A stretch of DNA of 59,242 nucleotides from Gemmatimonadales bacterium (GTDB lineage: Bacteria > Gemmatimonadota > Gemmatimonadetes > Gemmatimonadales > GWC2-71-9), in assembly GCA_036265635.1 (NCBI GenBank), contig DATAOR010000330.1, forward strand, positions 1 through 59,242. Direction: 5' to 3'. Shown in pieces: positions 38,749-47,526 of the stretch; the stretch's first letter is position 1, and each line of letters begins with the position of its first letter. A program made the translations under genes and the position numbers. Below the pieces are notes generated by a model. That model had not been told where the DNA came from. It made no database searches and saw nothing but the letters and a program-made list of their open reading frames with translations.

Positions 38749-38767
38749 AGGCGGAGGGGAAAGAAAA

Positions 38768-38866
38768 GTGCCTCAGGCTCCCCGAAGCGACACCGGGCAT
38801 CGCTTAGCGCTGCTACCGGCGAGGTCCTGACGCGGTTCACGCGCCGGCGCCCTTCGGACCTGAGGC
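38768..38866 (-). ncRNA. ffs: Signal recognition particle RNA, small (4.5S) type.
   Basis: The minus strand reads GCCUCAGGUCCGAAGGGCGCCGGCGCGUGAACCGCGUCAGGACCUCGCCGGUAGCAGCGCUAAGCGAUGCCCGGUGUCGCUUCGGGGAGCCUGAGGCAC. An 8-bp terminal stem (GCCUCAGG/CCUGAGGC) and CCGAAG/CUUCGG pairing close the molecule. The domain IV signatures GUGAAC, GUCAGG and AGCAGC..UAAG are present. It occupies the classic position directly upstream of dnaX-ybaB-recR. It is followed by UUUUCUUU. The apical loop is not GNRA. Confidence 0.7.
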
Positions 38867-38872
38867 ATCAGC

Positions 38873-38878
38873 AATATA
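38873..38878 (-). promoter_or_regulatory. Possible -10 element (TATATT) for ffs.
   Basis: The minus strand reads CACGGTTATATTGCTGATGCCUCAGG. The hexamer ends 6 nt before the first base of the SRP RNA terminal stem. I found no clear -35 element. Confidence 0.35.
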
Positions 38879-39062
38879 ACCGTGGGGAAGCCTGGAGGGA
38901 ACTCGCTGACGGACCGAACGCAATGCCCGCCGCGGAGCCGGGCCGCCCGCTCGCGGCCGGTGCGGGGCCGCCGGCCACGCCGCCGGTGCCGGGCCACCAG
39001 CCACGCCGGGTTCCCTCCGGCGCACCCGTCGAAGCCCGGCATGCCGGCTGGCGACCGGCCAT

Positions 39063-40001
39063 TCAGCCTAGGATGAGGCGCTGCCGGTGCTGCATCCGTC
39101 GCAGCTCCCAGGTCTCGGCCACCACCCCGCCAAGCAGGAACACGATGGCGGTATAGTAGACCCAGAGGATGAACAGGACCGCCGCCCCGATGTTGGCATC
39201 ACCGACGGCGCCTTCGACCGACGCGAAGTGGACCAGGTACAGGCCGTAGAGCCGTTTGGCGACCTCGAACAGCACGGCAGTGAAGCTGGCGGCCAGCAGC
39301 GCGGTGCGCCAGGGGAGCCGGCGGACCGAGGCATAGCGGTAGGTGACGTAGAACAGCGAGAGCGAGAAGACCAGCGCCAGCGCCTCGGCCAGCAGACGGC
39401 CGACGGTGGAGACGAGGAAACTGAACTGGGGAATTACCCGCTCCGAGCCGCGGGCCCAGGCCAGGGCGGCCGTGGTGGAGATGCCGGTGTTGACCAGGAA
39501 CAGGATCACCGTCGCCAGCACCATGGCCACGTCGCGCACCTTTCCCGCCAGCCAGTTGAGCAGGAAGTTCCGCGGCGGCGACGGCCGGGCCGACACGTCG
39601 TAGATGTCGTTGAGCGAGGTGCGGACGCCGGCGAACAGCCGGGTGCTGAACCAGACGAAGGCCGGCACCGCGTAGAGCGAGATCTGGCCCCGGTTGCGGG
39701 CCACCCCGATCAGCAGCCGCTCCACCAGGGCAAAGGGATCACGCTCCGGCGCCGCGGGGTGGGGCGGGAAAAACCGGTGGAACAGCGCGGTCGGATCGAC
39801 GGTCGACCCCCCGGCCACGGCCTGCGCGGCGTGGGTCAGCCCGATCAGGACGAGCAGCACGAAGGGGACCGCCGCCAGGAGCGCGTCGAAGGTGAGCGCG
39901 CTCGCCAGGAACGGGATGTTGTTTTCGTCGGCGGCCTGCAGGGTACGGCGGAGGAACCCGGCGGGCGTGCGGTGCCACCCGCCGGGGCGGACTCGCTTCA
40001 G
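39063..40001 (-). CDS. yihY: YihY/BrkB (virulence factor BrkB / former RNase BN) family membrane protein. It probably initiates at CTG.
   Basis: The track ORF starts at 39860 (GTG). The frame stays open upstream and encodes LKRVRPGGWHRTPAGFLRRTLQAADENNIPFLASALTFDALLAAVPF, which is the conserved family N-terminus. No ATG, GTG or TTG occurs in that stretch. The CTG at 40001-39999 overlaps the upstream TGA as CTGA. Confidence 0.7.
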   Translation of the reverse strand: MKRVRPGGWHRTPAGFLRRTLQAADENNIPFLASALTFDALLAAVPFVLLVLIGLTHAAQAVAGGSTVDPTALFHRFFPPHPAAPERDPFALVERLLIGVARNRGQISLYAVPAFVWFSTRLFAGVRTSLNDIYDVSARPSPPRNFLLNWLAGKVRDVAMVLATVILFLVNTGISTTAALAWARGSERVIPQFSFLVSTVGRLLAEALALVFSLSLFYVTYRYASVRRLPWRTALLAASFTAVLFEVAKRLYGLYLVHFASVEGAVGDANIGAAVLFILWVYYTAIVFLLGGVVAETWELRRMQHRQRLILG

Positions 40002-40408
40002 GCGAGCGGCTCCTCGAGGTCCCCGGCGGCCCGGCGGCGGGCGCGCGACTCGGCCAGCCGACGCTCGAGCTCCTCCCGGGCCGAGCCGCCGCCGCCGCTC
40101 GGCCGCGCCCGGAGCGGCGGCCGGCTGCCGAGCTCCTCGAACTCGTCTTCGTCGTCGTCGGTCAGGTCGTCGAGCGCGTCCCGCCCGCTGGAGAACTGCT
40201 GGGCCAGCTCATCGAGCTTTTCTTCGGTCACCGCCCGCAGCTTCCACAGCTTCCGCTGGAGCACCCGACGGGTCTCCTCGCCGGTGCGGGGCGCGTACAG
40301 CAGCGCCAGACCGGCCCCGAGCACGGCACCCCAGAACAGCCACTTGGCGGAGGCGTCCCCGCCCCGCTCGACGTACACCACCTCACGGCCCCGCTTGCGA
40401 CCCACCAT
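39998..40408 (-). CDS. YtxH domain-containing protein.
   Basis: An N-terminal TM segment is followed by the YtxH signature (GAVLGAGLALLYAPRTGEETRRVL). The C-terminal part is an acidic/charged helical region. Confidence 0.7.
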   Translation of the reverse strand: MVGRKRGREVVYVERGGDASAKWLFWGAVLGAGLALLYAPRTGEETRRVLQRKLWKLRAVTEEKLDELAQQFSSGRDALDDLTDDDEDEFEELGSRPPLRARPSGGGGSAREELERRLAESRARRRAAGDLEEPLA

Positions 40409-40416
40409 GGCTCCTC

Positions 40417-41835
40417 CTATTCCCCCGCGTCGGGGTCGTCCTCGGCCGCCACCAGCACGGGCTTGAGCGCCGCGTGGTGCTGGATCGGCGCCTGGACGAA
40501 GCGATTGATGTCCTTCTCGGTCCCGTTCACGTTGAGCTGCTCGAACAGGAAGGCGAAGGTGCGTTCGAGGTCGGCGGCGATGGCCGCCCGGACGTCTTCG
40601 GCCAGTGACCAGAACTCGCGCTTGAACGGTCCGATCGCCTTCTTCCGGGCCTTGTAGTAGAACTGCTCGTCCGTGTCGCCGTCCTTCCGCTCGCCGGCGG
40701 CGTTCTCATCCAGCCAGCGCCTGACCCGGTCCCGCAGGTCGGTCGGCAGCTTGGGATGGTCGAAGAGAATGTTCTGGAAGTTGGTGGCGAGATGGATCTC
40801 GGCGGTCTCGATCCGGGGGAAGTTGCCGAAGGCGTTGGACGGCAGGGTGCTGGCCCCGTGCTGGACCGCTCCGGCCAGGCCATACTGCTCGCGGGCGGCC
40901 TTGGACAGGGCGGCCAGCGCCTGAAGATCGAGCTTGACATCGGCGATCGAGCCGTCGGGCAGCACCACGCCGCCGTGCGAGGTGCCGGTCTGGACCGAGA
41001 TCTTGCTGATGCCGGCAAGGCCAGCCTCGAGCGCGGCCAGGCTCCGGTTGTAGCCCTGCATGAAGGCGTGCAGCTCCTCGACGGTACTGTTCTTCATCCC
41101 GACCTCGCCGATCTCGGCCCCGACCGACACGGTGACCCCTTCGGGCTCCAGTGACCGGATGAAGGCCGTGATTTCGGCGGCGCGCTCGTAGTTGAGTCGC
41201 TGCTGCTCCTCAAGGCTGTCGTGCGACAGATCCACCAGGGTCGAGGTGTCCACATCGATGTTGTAGAACCCTGCCCCGACCTCCTCCGCGATCAGCTTCT
41301 TCACCTCACCGACCTCGCCCTCGGGATCGGCCTGGTACTTCTTGTGGTTGACCTGGCAGTGATCGCCCTGGATGAACAGCGGCAGCACATAGCCTTCGCG
41401 GAGCGCGGCGCCGATCAGCACGGCGACGTATTCCGCCGGACGCTGGTCGGTGTAGGCGATCTCGGACCGGGCGATCTCGATCAGGATGGCGCCGGCCCGT
41501 CCCGCCCGGGCGGTGCGGAACACGGCCCGGGCGGTGTCGTAGGCCATCATCCGGATGTTGATGGCGGGGACGGTGAAGCCGCTGACGTCTCCCCGGCCGC
41601 GGGCCGCGTACAGCCCCTGGATCGAGGCCGGGCGGGCGCCCGTCACCTGGCCCAGCTCCCAGAGCAGCCAGCGGGCGGCTTCCCGCGCCTCGCCCTCGCC
41701 AAAGACCGCCTGCCAGACCAGTCGGTCGGTGGCCGGAGAGCGGAGCCGGGCCGGGTCCCGTACGGTCACGCCGCCGGGCACCTGGACGACGGCCCCGTCG
41801 TACAACCCGATCGCCCGCTGAATTTCGTCAGCCAT
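40417..41835 (-). CDS. fba: Class II fructose/ketose-bisphosphate aldolase family protein (long form).
   Basis: The start MADEIQ is preceded by GGAGGTG. The sequence contains VPAINI, PLFIQGDHCQ, the metal/His region VQTGTSHGG, and AVQHGAS. Confidence 0.8.
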   Translation of the reverse strand: MADEIQRAIGLYDGAVVQVPGGVTVRDPARLRSPATDRLVWQAVFGEGEAREAARWLLWELGQVTGARPASIQGLYAARGRGDVSGFTVPAINIRMMAYDTARAVFRTARAGRAGAILIEIARSEIAYTDQRPAEYVAVLIGAALREGYVLPLFIQGDHCQVNHKKYQADPEGEVGEVKKLIAEEVGAGFYNIDVDTSTLVDLSHDSLEEQQRLNYERAAEITAFIRSLEPEGVTVSVGAEIGEVGMKNSTVEELHAFMQGYNRSLAALEAGLAGISKISVQTGTSHGGVVLPDGSIADVKLDLQALAALSKAAREQYGLAGAVQHGASTLPSNAFGNFPRIETAEIHLATNFQNILFDHPKLPTDLRDRVRRWLDENAAGERKDGDTDEQFYYKARKKAIGPFKREFWSLAEDVRAAIAADLERTFAFLFEQLNVNGTEKDINRFVQAPIQHHAALKPVLVAAEDDPDAGE

Positions 41836-41875
41836 GCAACCACCTCCGCCGAACCGGCGCTGGTTTGCGTTGGTA

Positions 41876-41904
41876 AAGGTAGGACGGCAGGCGAGGTCGG
41901 TCAA
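41876..41904 (-). promoter_or_regulatory. Putative sigma70-type promoter for fba (TTGACC-N17-TACCTT).
   Basis: The minus strand reads GGTTTGACCGACCTCGCCTGCCGTCCTACCTTTACC in the 141-bp pgi-fba gap. A leader of about 35 nt carrying a strong SD follows. Confidence 0.35.
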
Positions 41905-41976
41905 ACCATCGCCGGGCGCCGCGATACGCTGCCCCACCCCGCGCCGGAGCGCCACTGGCGCCCTCCGGAGCGGGCC

Positions 41977-43377
41977 TCAGGCCACGTCGTGCTCCGGCTC
42001 GGCCGGCGCCGCCGCCTGGTATCCCGGCCGTCCCATGGCGGCATAGGTCAGCTGCTTCCCCAGCTCCACGCCGGGCTGATCGAACGGGTCGATCCCATAG
42101 AACACCCCGGCATAGCCGGTGGCGATCTGGAAGAACATGATCGCTTCCCCGAAGGTGGCGGCATCCAGCACCGGCAGCCGCAAGGTGCAGCTCATCCGGC
42201 CGGCGCGGGCCAGGGCGGCGGCCGTGGCCTCGTACTCGGCCCGAAGCAGCCCGCCGAGCGACTTACCGGCCAGATAGGCGAGGTCCGAGGGCAATGGCAG
42301 GACGCCCGGGACGTCGGTCGGTGGACCCGGGATCACCAGATCATCCGCCGGCTGCTCGACCACCGCGAAGGTGATGACCTTGTCGAACGGCCCCTCCATG
42401 AACAGCTGGACCTGGCTGTGCTGGTCGGTGGCGCCCACCGCCGCGACCGGGGTGAGACCGCTGTGGACTTCCCGCCCGTCGCGAGTGACCCGCTTGCCGA
42501 GACTCTCCGCCCAGAGCTGGCGATACCACTCGGCGAACTCGCGGAGGCGGTCGGTGTACGGCATCAGCACGTTGATCCGGGCGCCCAGGTCCACGTCGGC
42601 CGCCCAGTGGAGGGCGGCGTACAAACCGGCCGGGTTCCGGCGCAGCTCGTCCGACTCGGCCCGCTCGACCGCGCCGCGCGCCCCGGCCAGCAAGGCGGCG
42701 ATGTCGACCCCGACCAGCGCCGCCGGGAGCAGGCCGACCGGCGACAGCACGCTGAAACGCCCGCCGACCTCCGGCGGCACGCTCAAGGTGGCGATGCCGT
42801 CGCGCGCGGCCAGGTCGCGGAGGGCGCCGCGGGCCGGGTCGGTGGTGAACACCAGGTGGCGGTGCACCGCCGAGCCCAGGGCCTGGTCCAGCCAGGCGCG
42901 GACGATGAGATACTGCGCCATGGTCTCGGCGGTGCCGCCCGACTTGCTGATCACGTTCACCAGCACCCGGCGGGGATCGATCCGCGCCAGGGCCGCCTTG
43001 ACCGTGGTCGGGTCGACGTTGTCGAGCACGGTGAGCCGGGGAAAGAACTCCCGGCCCTCGTCGTCCCACTCGTTCCAAGCCGGCGCGCGGAGGGCGGACA
43101 GCACCGCCTTGGTGCCCAACGCCGAGCCGCCGATGCCCAGCACCAGCACGTGATCGAACGCCTGGCCCAGTCCCTGGGCGAAGCTATTGATCTCCCTGAC
43201 GTCGGCCGCCTGGTCCACCAGCTGGTAGAAGCCGTACTCCCCGGCCGCTCGCCGGCGGCGCACCTCGGCCTGGACCTCGGCGAATCGCGTCGCCAGCCCG
43301 TTCAGCCGGGCGCGGGGCAGGCCGTGGACGCCGTCCAGCGCGTCCTGGAACATCCGTCCATAGGCGAGCCTGATCAC
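41977..43377 (-). CDS. pgi: Glucose-6-phosphate isomerase (short bacterial/archaeal form).
   Basis: The sequence contains VLVLGIGGSALG, ISKSGGTAET, and a GGRFSVLS-type SIS/PGI signature (EVGGRFSVLSPVGL). Confidence 0.85.
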   Translation of the reverse strand: MIRLAYGRMFQDALDGVHGLPRARLNGLATRFAEVQAEVRRRRAAGEYGFYQLVDQAADVREINSFAQGLGQAFDHVLVLGIGGSALGTKAVLSALRAPAWNEWDDEGREFFPRLTVLDNVDPTTVKAALARIDPRRVLVNVISKSGGTAETMAQYLIVRAWLDQALGSAVHRHLVFTTDPARGALRDLAARDGIATLSVPPEVGGRFSVLSPVGLLPAALVGVDIAALLAGARGAVERAESDELRRNPAGLYAALHWAADVDLGARINVLMPYTDRLREFAEWYRQLWAESLGKRVTRDGREVHSGLTPVAAVGATDQHSQVQLFMEGPFDKVITFAVVEQPADDLVIPGPPTDVPGVLPLPSDLAYLAGKSLGGLLRAEYEATAAALARAGRMSCTLRLPVLDAATFGEAIMFFQIATGYAGVFYGIDPFDQPGVELGKQLTYAAMGRPGYQAAAPAEPEHDVA

Positions 43378-44147
43378 GGGACCTCCACCGTGAGACCGTC
43401 GTAGGCGGGACAGACCCCGGCCGGCAGCGCCGCCGCGAGCGCGGCATGCCCGGTCTCATGGGTCAGATGAGTGAGATAGGTGCGGCGGGCGCCCAGCGAC
43501 TGGGCCGTGGCGACGGCCTCGCCGATGCTCAGGTGGGTCGGATGGGGGCGCCACCAGAGCGCGTTGAGCACCAGAGTGTCGAGCCCGCGCAGCTGGCCCC
43601 GCTCGGGCTCCTCGATGACCTTCACGTCCGTGATATACGCCAGCGCGCCGATCCGGTAGCCGTACACCCGGAGATGGCCGTGGCGGAACGCCAGCGGAAG
43701 CACCGGCACGCCGACGATGTCGACCACGTGGTCCGGCTCGATCGGCTGGAGTGACAGGTTGGGCTTCGTGGTACCCTCGTACGGCCGGATATCGTCGAAG
43801 ATGTAGCTGAACGAAGCCCGAAGACGCCCGAGCGTCTCGGGGGGGCCGTAGATCGGCAGCGCGCCGCGCTGCCGGACGGAGAAGATCCGCAGATCGTCGA
43901 TCCCCGCGGTATGGTCGGCGTGCTCGTGGGTATAGAGCACGGCGTCCACCCGGGTCACCCCCGCGGCGATGAGCTGCAGCCGCAGCTCCGGCGGCGTATC
44001 GATCAGCAGGGTCGAGCCGTTGGCCTCGATCAGGGCCGCCGAGCGGGCGCGGCGATCGCGGGGATCGGCCGAGCCACAGACGTCGCAGGCGCAGCCGACC
44101 TGGGGAACACCGAACGACGTCCCCGTCCCGAGGAACGTGAGACGCAT
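43374..44147 (-). CDS. MBL-fold metallo-hydrolase, PhnP-like.
   Basis: The sequence begins MRLTFLGTGTSFGVPQVGCACDVCGS and contains HEHADH. Its stop overlaps the pgi start by 4 nt. Confidence 0.8.
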   Translation of the reverse strand: MRLTFLGTGTSFGVPQVGCACDVCGSADPRDRRARSAALIEANGSTLLIDTPPELRLQLIAAGVTRVDAVLYTHEHADHTAGIDDLRIFSVRQRGALPIYGPPETLGRLRASFSYIFDDIRPYEGTTKPNLSLQPIEPDHVVDIVGVPVLPLAFRHGHLRVYGYRIGALAYITDVKVIEEPERGQLRGLDTLVLNALWWRPHPTHLSIGEAVATAQSLGARRTYLTHLTHETGHAALAAALPAGVCPAYDGLTVEVP

Positions 44148-44150
44148 GCC

Positions 44151-45614
44151 CTAAACTGCTTCGATCTTCAGGAGGTTGGTAGTGCCGGGCATGTCGAACG
44201 GCACGCCGGCCGTGACCACCAGCCGTTCGCCGGGCTGGGCCAGGCCGCGCTCGAGGATCTTCCGGCGGGCGCCCGCCAGCATGGCCTCGTAGTCGCTCAG
44301 ATGTTCGGTCAGCGCCGGGGTCACGCCCCACACCAGCGACAGCTGACGGAAGGTGTCGGGCTCGGGGGTGCAGGCGAAGATCGGCACCGACGGCCGGCAG
44401 GTCGACACTTTGCGGGCGGTGAAGCCGCTGCTGGTGAAGCAGACGATCAGCGGGGCGCTCAGCATCTCCGCCGCGGCACAGACCGCCACCGCGATGGCGT
44501 CCTCGGTCCGGATCGGGGCGCTCTGCGCCATCCGGTGCTGGGCCAAGGCGACGCCCTCGCTGGACCGCCGCCCCAGCGCCGCGTCGATGATCACCCCGCG
44601 GCTCTGGCGCTGACCTTCCATCTCCCGGGCGATCCGATCCATCGCCCGGACGGCCTCGAGGGGAAACTCGCCCACCGCCGTCTCGGCCGAGAGCATCACG
44701 GCATCGGTGCCGTCGAGGATGGCGTTGGCGACGTCCGACGCCTCCGCCCGGGTCGGACGGGGCGCATGCACCATCGACTCGAGCATCTGGGTGGCGGTGA
44801 TGACCGGCTTGCCGTGAAGTCCGGCCTCCCGGATGATCTGCTTCTGCATCAGGGGGACTTCCTCGAACGGGAGCTCCACGCCGAGGTCGCCCCGGGCCAC
44901 CATGATGGCGTCCGACGCGTCGAGGATGCCGCAGAGGTTCCGCAGGGCGGTGTCCTTCTCGATCTTGGCCACGAGCTTGGTGGCCCGCGGGACCAGCGCC
45001 CGGAGCTGCTCGATGTCCTCCGGCCGGCGAACGAACGAGAGCGCCACGTAGTCCACGCCCACGGCCACGGCCTGGGCCACGTCCTCGAGGTCCTTCTCGG
45101 TCAGGGCCGGCGCGCTCACCTCGATGCCGGGGAGGTTCATGCCCTTGTGCGACTTGAGCTCACCGCCGTAGTGCACCGAGGCCTCGACCCGCCGGTCGTG
45201 GACCCCGGTGACCTCGACCGCGATCAGTCCGTCGTCCAGCAGGATCCGGGCGCCGACGCCGACGTCCTCGGCCAGCGCGTCGTAGGTGGTCGGGATCTCT
45301 CCGGTCACCGCCTCATGCTCGGGCGCGAACACCACCGTCTGCCCAGCCGTCAGCCTGAGCGGCTCCGCCAGGTCGCCGACCCGGATCCGGGGCCCCTGCA
45401 GGTCGAGCAGCAGCGCCACCGCTTCGCGCCGCCCGCTGGTCACCTCTCGCAGCTGCTCGATCCACCGGGTCCGGACGGCCGGCGTGCCGTGCGAGGCGTT
45501 AATGCGGACCACATTGACGCCGGCATCGAGCAGCGCGGTCATCCGGGCGGGCGTGTCCCACGCCGGGCCCAAGGTGGCGACGATCTTGGTGCGGCGAACC
45601 GACGTTCGAGGCAT
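44151..45614 (-). CDS. pyk: Pyruvate kinase.
   Basis: The sequence contains RRTKIVATLGPA, VNVVRINASHG, MVARGDLGVE and ATQMLESM. Confidence 0.9.
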   Translation of the reverse strand: MPRTSVRRTKIVATLGPAWDTPARMTALLDAGVNVVRINASHGTPAVRTRWIEQLREVTSGRREAVALLLDLQGPRIRVGDLAEPLRLTAGQTVVFAPEHEAVTGEIPTTYDALAEDVGVGARILLDDGLIAVEVTGVHDRRVEASVHYGGELKSHKGMNLPGIEVSAPALTEKDLEDVAQAVAVGVDYVALSFVRRPEDIEQLRALVPRATKLVAKIEKDTALRNLCGILDASDAIMVARGDLGVELPFEEVPLMQKQIIREAGLHGKPVITATQMLESMVHAPRPTRAEASDVANAILDGTDAVMLSAETAVGEFPLEAVRAMDRIAREMEGQRQSRGVIIDAALGRRSSEGVALAQHRMAQSAPIRTEDAIAVAVCAAAEMLSAPLIVCFTSSGFTARKVSTCRPSVPIFACTPEPDTFRQLSLVWGVTPALTEHLSDYEAMLAGARRKILERGLAQPGERLVVTAGVPFDMPGTTNLLKIEAV

Positions 45615-45638
45615 GGCAGGGAGTCTAATGCCGCGCCG

Positions 45639-47210
45639 TCACCGCTGCATCACGACCTCGCCGGCCACCACCGTCAGCACCGCACGGCCGGCGCGGACCG
45701 CTTCGCCGGAGCCGCGCTCCGCGGCCGGGTCGAACGACCAGGCGACCAGGTCGGCCGGCTGCCCCGGCGCCAGCCGGCCGCCCGCAATCACGCTCCCGGA
45801 TGCCCGGGCGGGCGCCAGCGTGTAGGCCCTGACCGCATCCTCGAACCCCAGCCTTTCCTCCGGCCGCCACGCGCCGGCCGGACCGCCATCGTCCGTCCGA
45901 CGCTCGAGCGCGGCGTAGAGCCCGTCACGCGGATCGAGCGAGGCCACCGGCGCGTCGCTGCCGAACACCAGCGCCGTCCCCCGCTGACGCAGGGTCCGGA
46001 AGGCGTAGGCCCCGGCGCCGCGGGTGCCCCAGTGGCGATCGACCAGCGGGATGTCGGTCAGCAGATGGGCGGGCTGCCTCGAGGCCACCAGCCCGGCGGC
46101 CGCCGCCCGGTCGAGGTCGTCGGGGTGGACACACTGAAAGTGCTCGATCCGGTGCGGCACGGCCGTGCGGGGAAGCTGAGACATGAGGTCGAGCGCCCGC
46201 CGCACCGCGGCGTCACCGATCGCGTGGGCCGTGACCGCGATGCCGCCGGCCGCCGCCGCCCGCATGGCCTCGGCCGCCTCCGGCTCGGCCGTGATGGGCA
46301 TGCCGCGGTCACGGCTGCCGGCGTAGGGCTCCAGCATCCACGCCGTCCGGCTGCCCAGGCTGCCGTCGAGAAACAGCTTCACTCCACCCAGCCGGACCCA
46401 GGCGGTGCCGCTGCCGCTCCGGTCTCCCCGGGCGAGCATGCCCGCCAGCGCGGCGACGGGAGGATGAAACAGCACTCGAAGCCGGAGCGCCGCCCGGGTC
46501 TCCAGCCGGCGGAACGCGGTCAGCACCTCCTCCCCCTCGACGTTGTGGATGCCGGTGAGCCCCAGCCGGTGAGCCTCCCGCTGGCCATCGAGCAGGGCGG
46601 CGTCCAGCAGGTCCTCGGGCGGGACCGGGAGCGCGGGCAGCATGAGCTCGACCGCTCGCTCCAGCAGCAGGCCGGTCGGCTCACCCGACCCGTCGCGGAC
46701 GATTCGGCCGCCGAAGGGATCGGGCGTCGCGCGCGTGATCCCTGCGGCCGCCAGCGCGGCTGAGTTGACCCAGGCCGCGTGGACGTCGAGCGAATCCAGA
46801 TACACCGGCCCTCGATGGACGTCGTCGAGCACGGTTCGCTCGGGTGCATCGCCCCAGCCGTTACTGTCCCAACCCTGGCCCAACACCCATCCTTGCACCG
46901 GCGCCGCCGCCCCGACGCGGGCTAGCGCCTCCGCCCGGGTCCGCGCGCCGGCCAGCTGAACCCGGCGACGCCCCAGCGCCCACATGGCGAAATGGGTGTG
47001 GCCGTCGACGAAACCCGGGGTCACGATGGCGCCGGGCAGGTCAAAGGTCAGGGTGCCCGGCGGGACGAGACGGGCCACCGCGGCCGCGTCGCCCACCTGC
47101 CGGACCCGACCGTCCTGCCACCAGAGGGCGTCGCCCCGGGCGCTCCCATCCATGGTCAGGACGCGTCGCGCGCGCAGGAAGCCGGATCGAACCGTCTCAG
47201 GCGCATTCAC
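45639..47210 (-). CDS. Amidohydrolase family protein (Amidohydro_3/YtcJ-like metal-dependent hydrolase).
   Basis: The N-terminal metal motif reads [10 protein letters not shown]. The sequence also contains AHAIGD and the C-terminal part [10 protein letters not shown]. It uses a GTG start. Confidence 0.8.
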   Translation of the reverse strand: MNAPETVRSGFLRARRVLTMDGSARGDALWWQDGRVRQVGDAAAVARLVPPGTLTFDLPGAIVTPGFVDGHTHFAMWALGRRRVQLAGARTRAEALARVGAAAPVQGWVLGQGWDSNGWGDAPERTVLDDVHRGPVYLDSLDVHAAWVNSAALAAAGITRATPDPFGGRIVRDGSGEPTGLLLERAVELMLPALPVPPEDLLDAALLDGQREAHRLGLTGIHNVEGEEVLTAFRRLETRAALRLRVLFHPPVAALAGMLARGDRSGSGTAWVRLGGVKLFLDGSLGSRTAWMLEPYAGSRDRGMPITAEPEAAEAMRAAAAGGIAVTAHAIGDAAVRRALDLMSQLPRTAVPHRIEHFQCVHPDDLDRAAAAGLVASRQPAHLLTDIPLVDRHWGTRGAGAYAFRTLRQRGTALVFGSDAPVASLDPRDGLYAALERRTDDGGPAGAWRPEERLGFEDAVRAYTLAPARASGSVIAGGRLAPGQPADLVAWSFDPAAERGSGEAVRAGRAVLTVVAGEVVMQR

Positions 47211-47526
47211 GTCACGATCCGGGGACGGCGGGCGGTTTCCACATGTTGAAAAGTCGCGGAAGTGAATATCTGCGAGCGGGGTGAAATGCGAGAAATCAGA
47301 TCAAATCGCGCCGAGAAGCCGGATCACTAGTGGCTGGACAAGCTGTTGTGTTCTAAGCCAGTATCAAAATACACCTCGAAACCTGTCCAACGGGGTCCGG
47401 GCCATGCCGCCCGCGAGAAAATTATTCAGATGGATCGATTATGAACACTTTCGACATGCACGAATTTGCGGTCGCCCACCATGTCTGGAAAACGCCAACT
47501 GTTCATCTCCGCGTCACCCTTGACCG

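Noticed and set aside
47318-47332. The minus-strand CUAGUGAUCCGGC resembles the 5' CUAGGGUUCCGGC of the guanidine-I (ykkC) riboswitch and lies upstream of an amidohydrolase.
   Set aside because: The remaining hallmark blocks of the motif (GGUCCGAGAG and ACGG..GGGA.AAAAGCCCGGGAG) are absent downstream. It is probably coincidental. An Rfam scan would settle the question.
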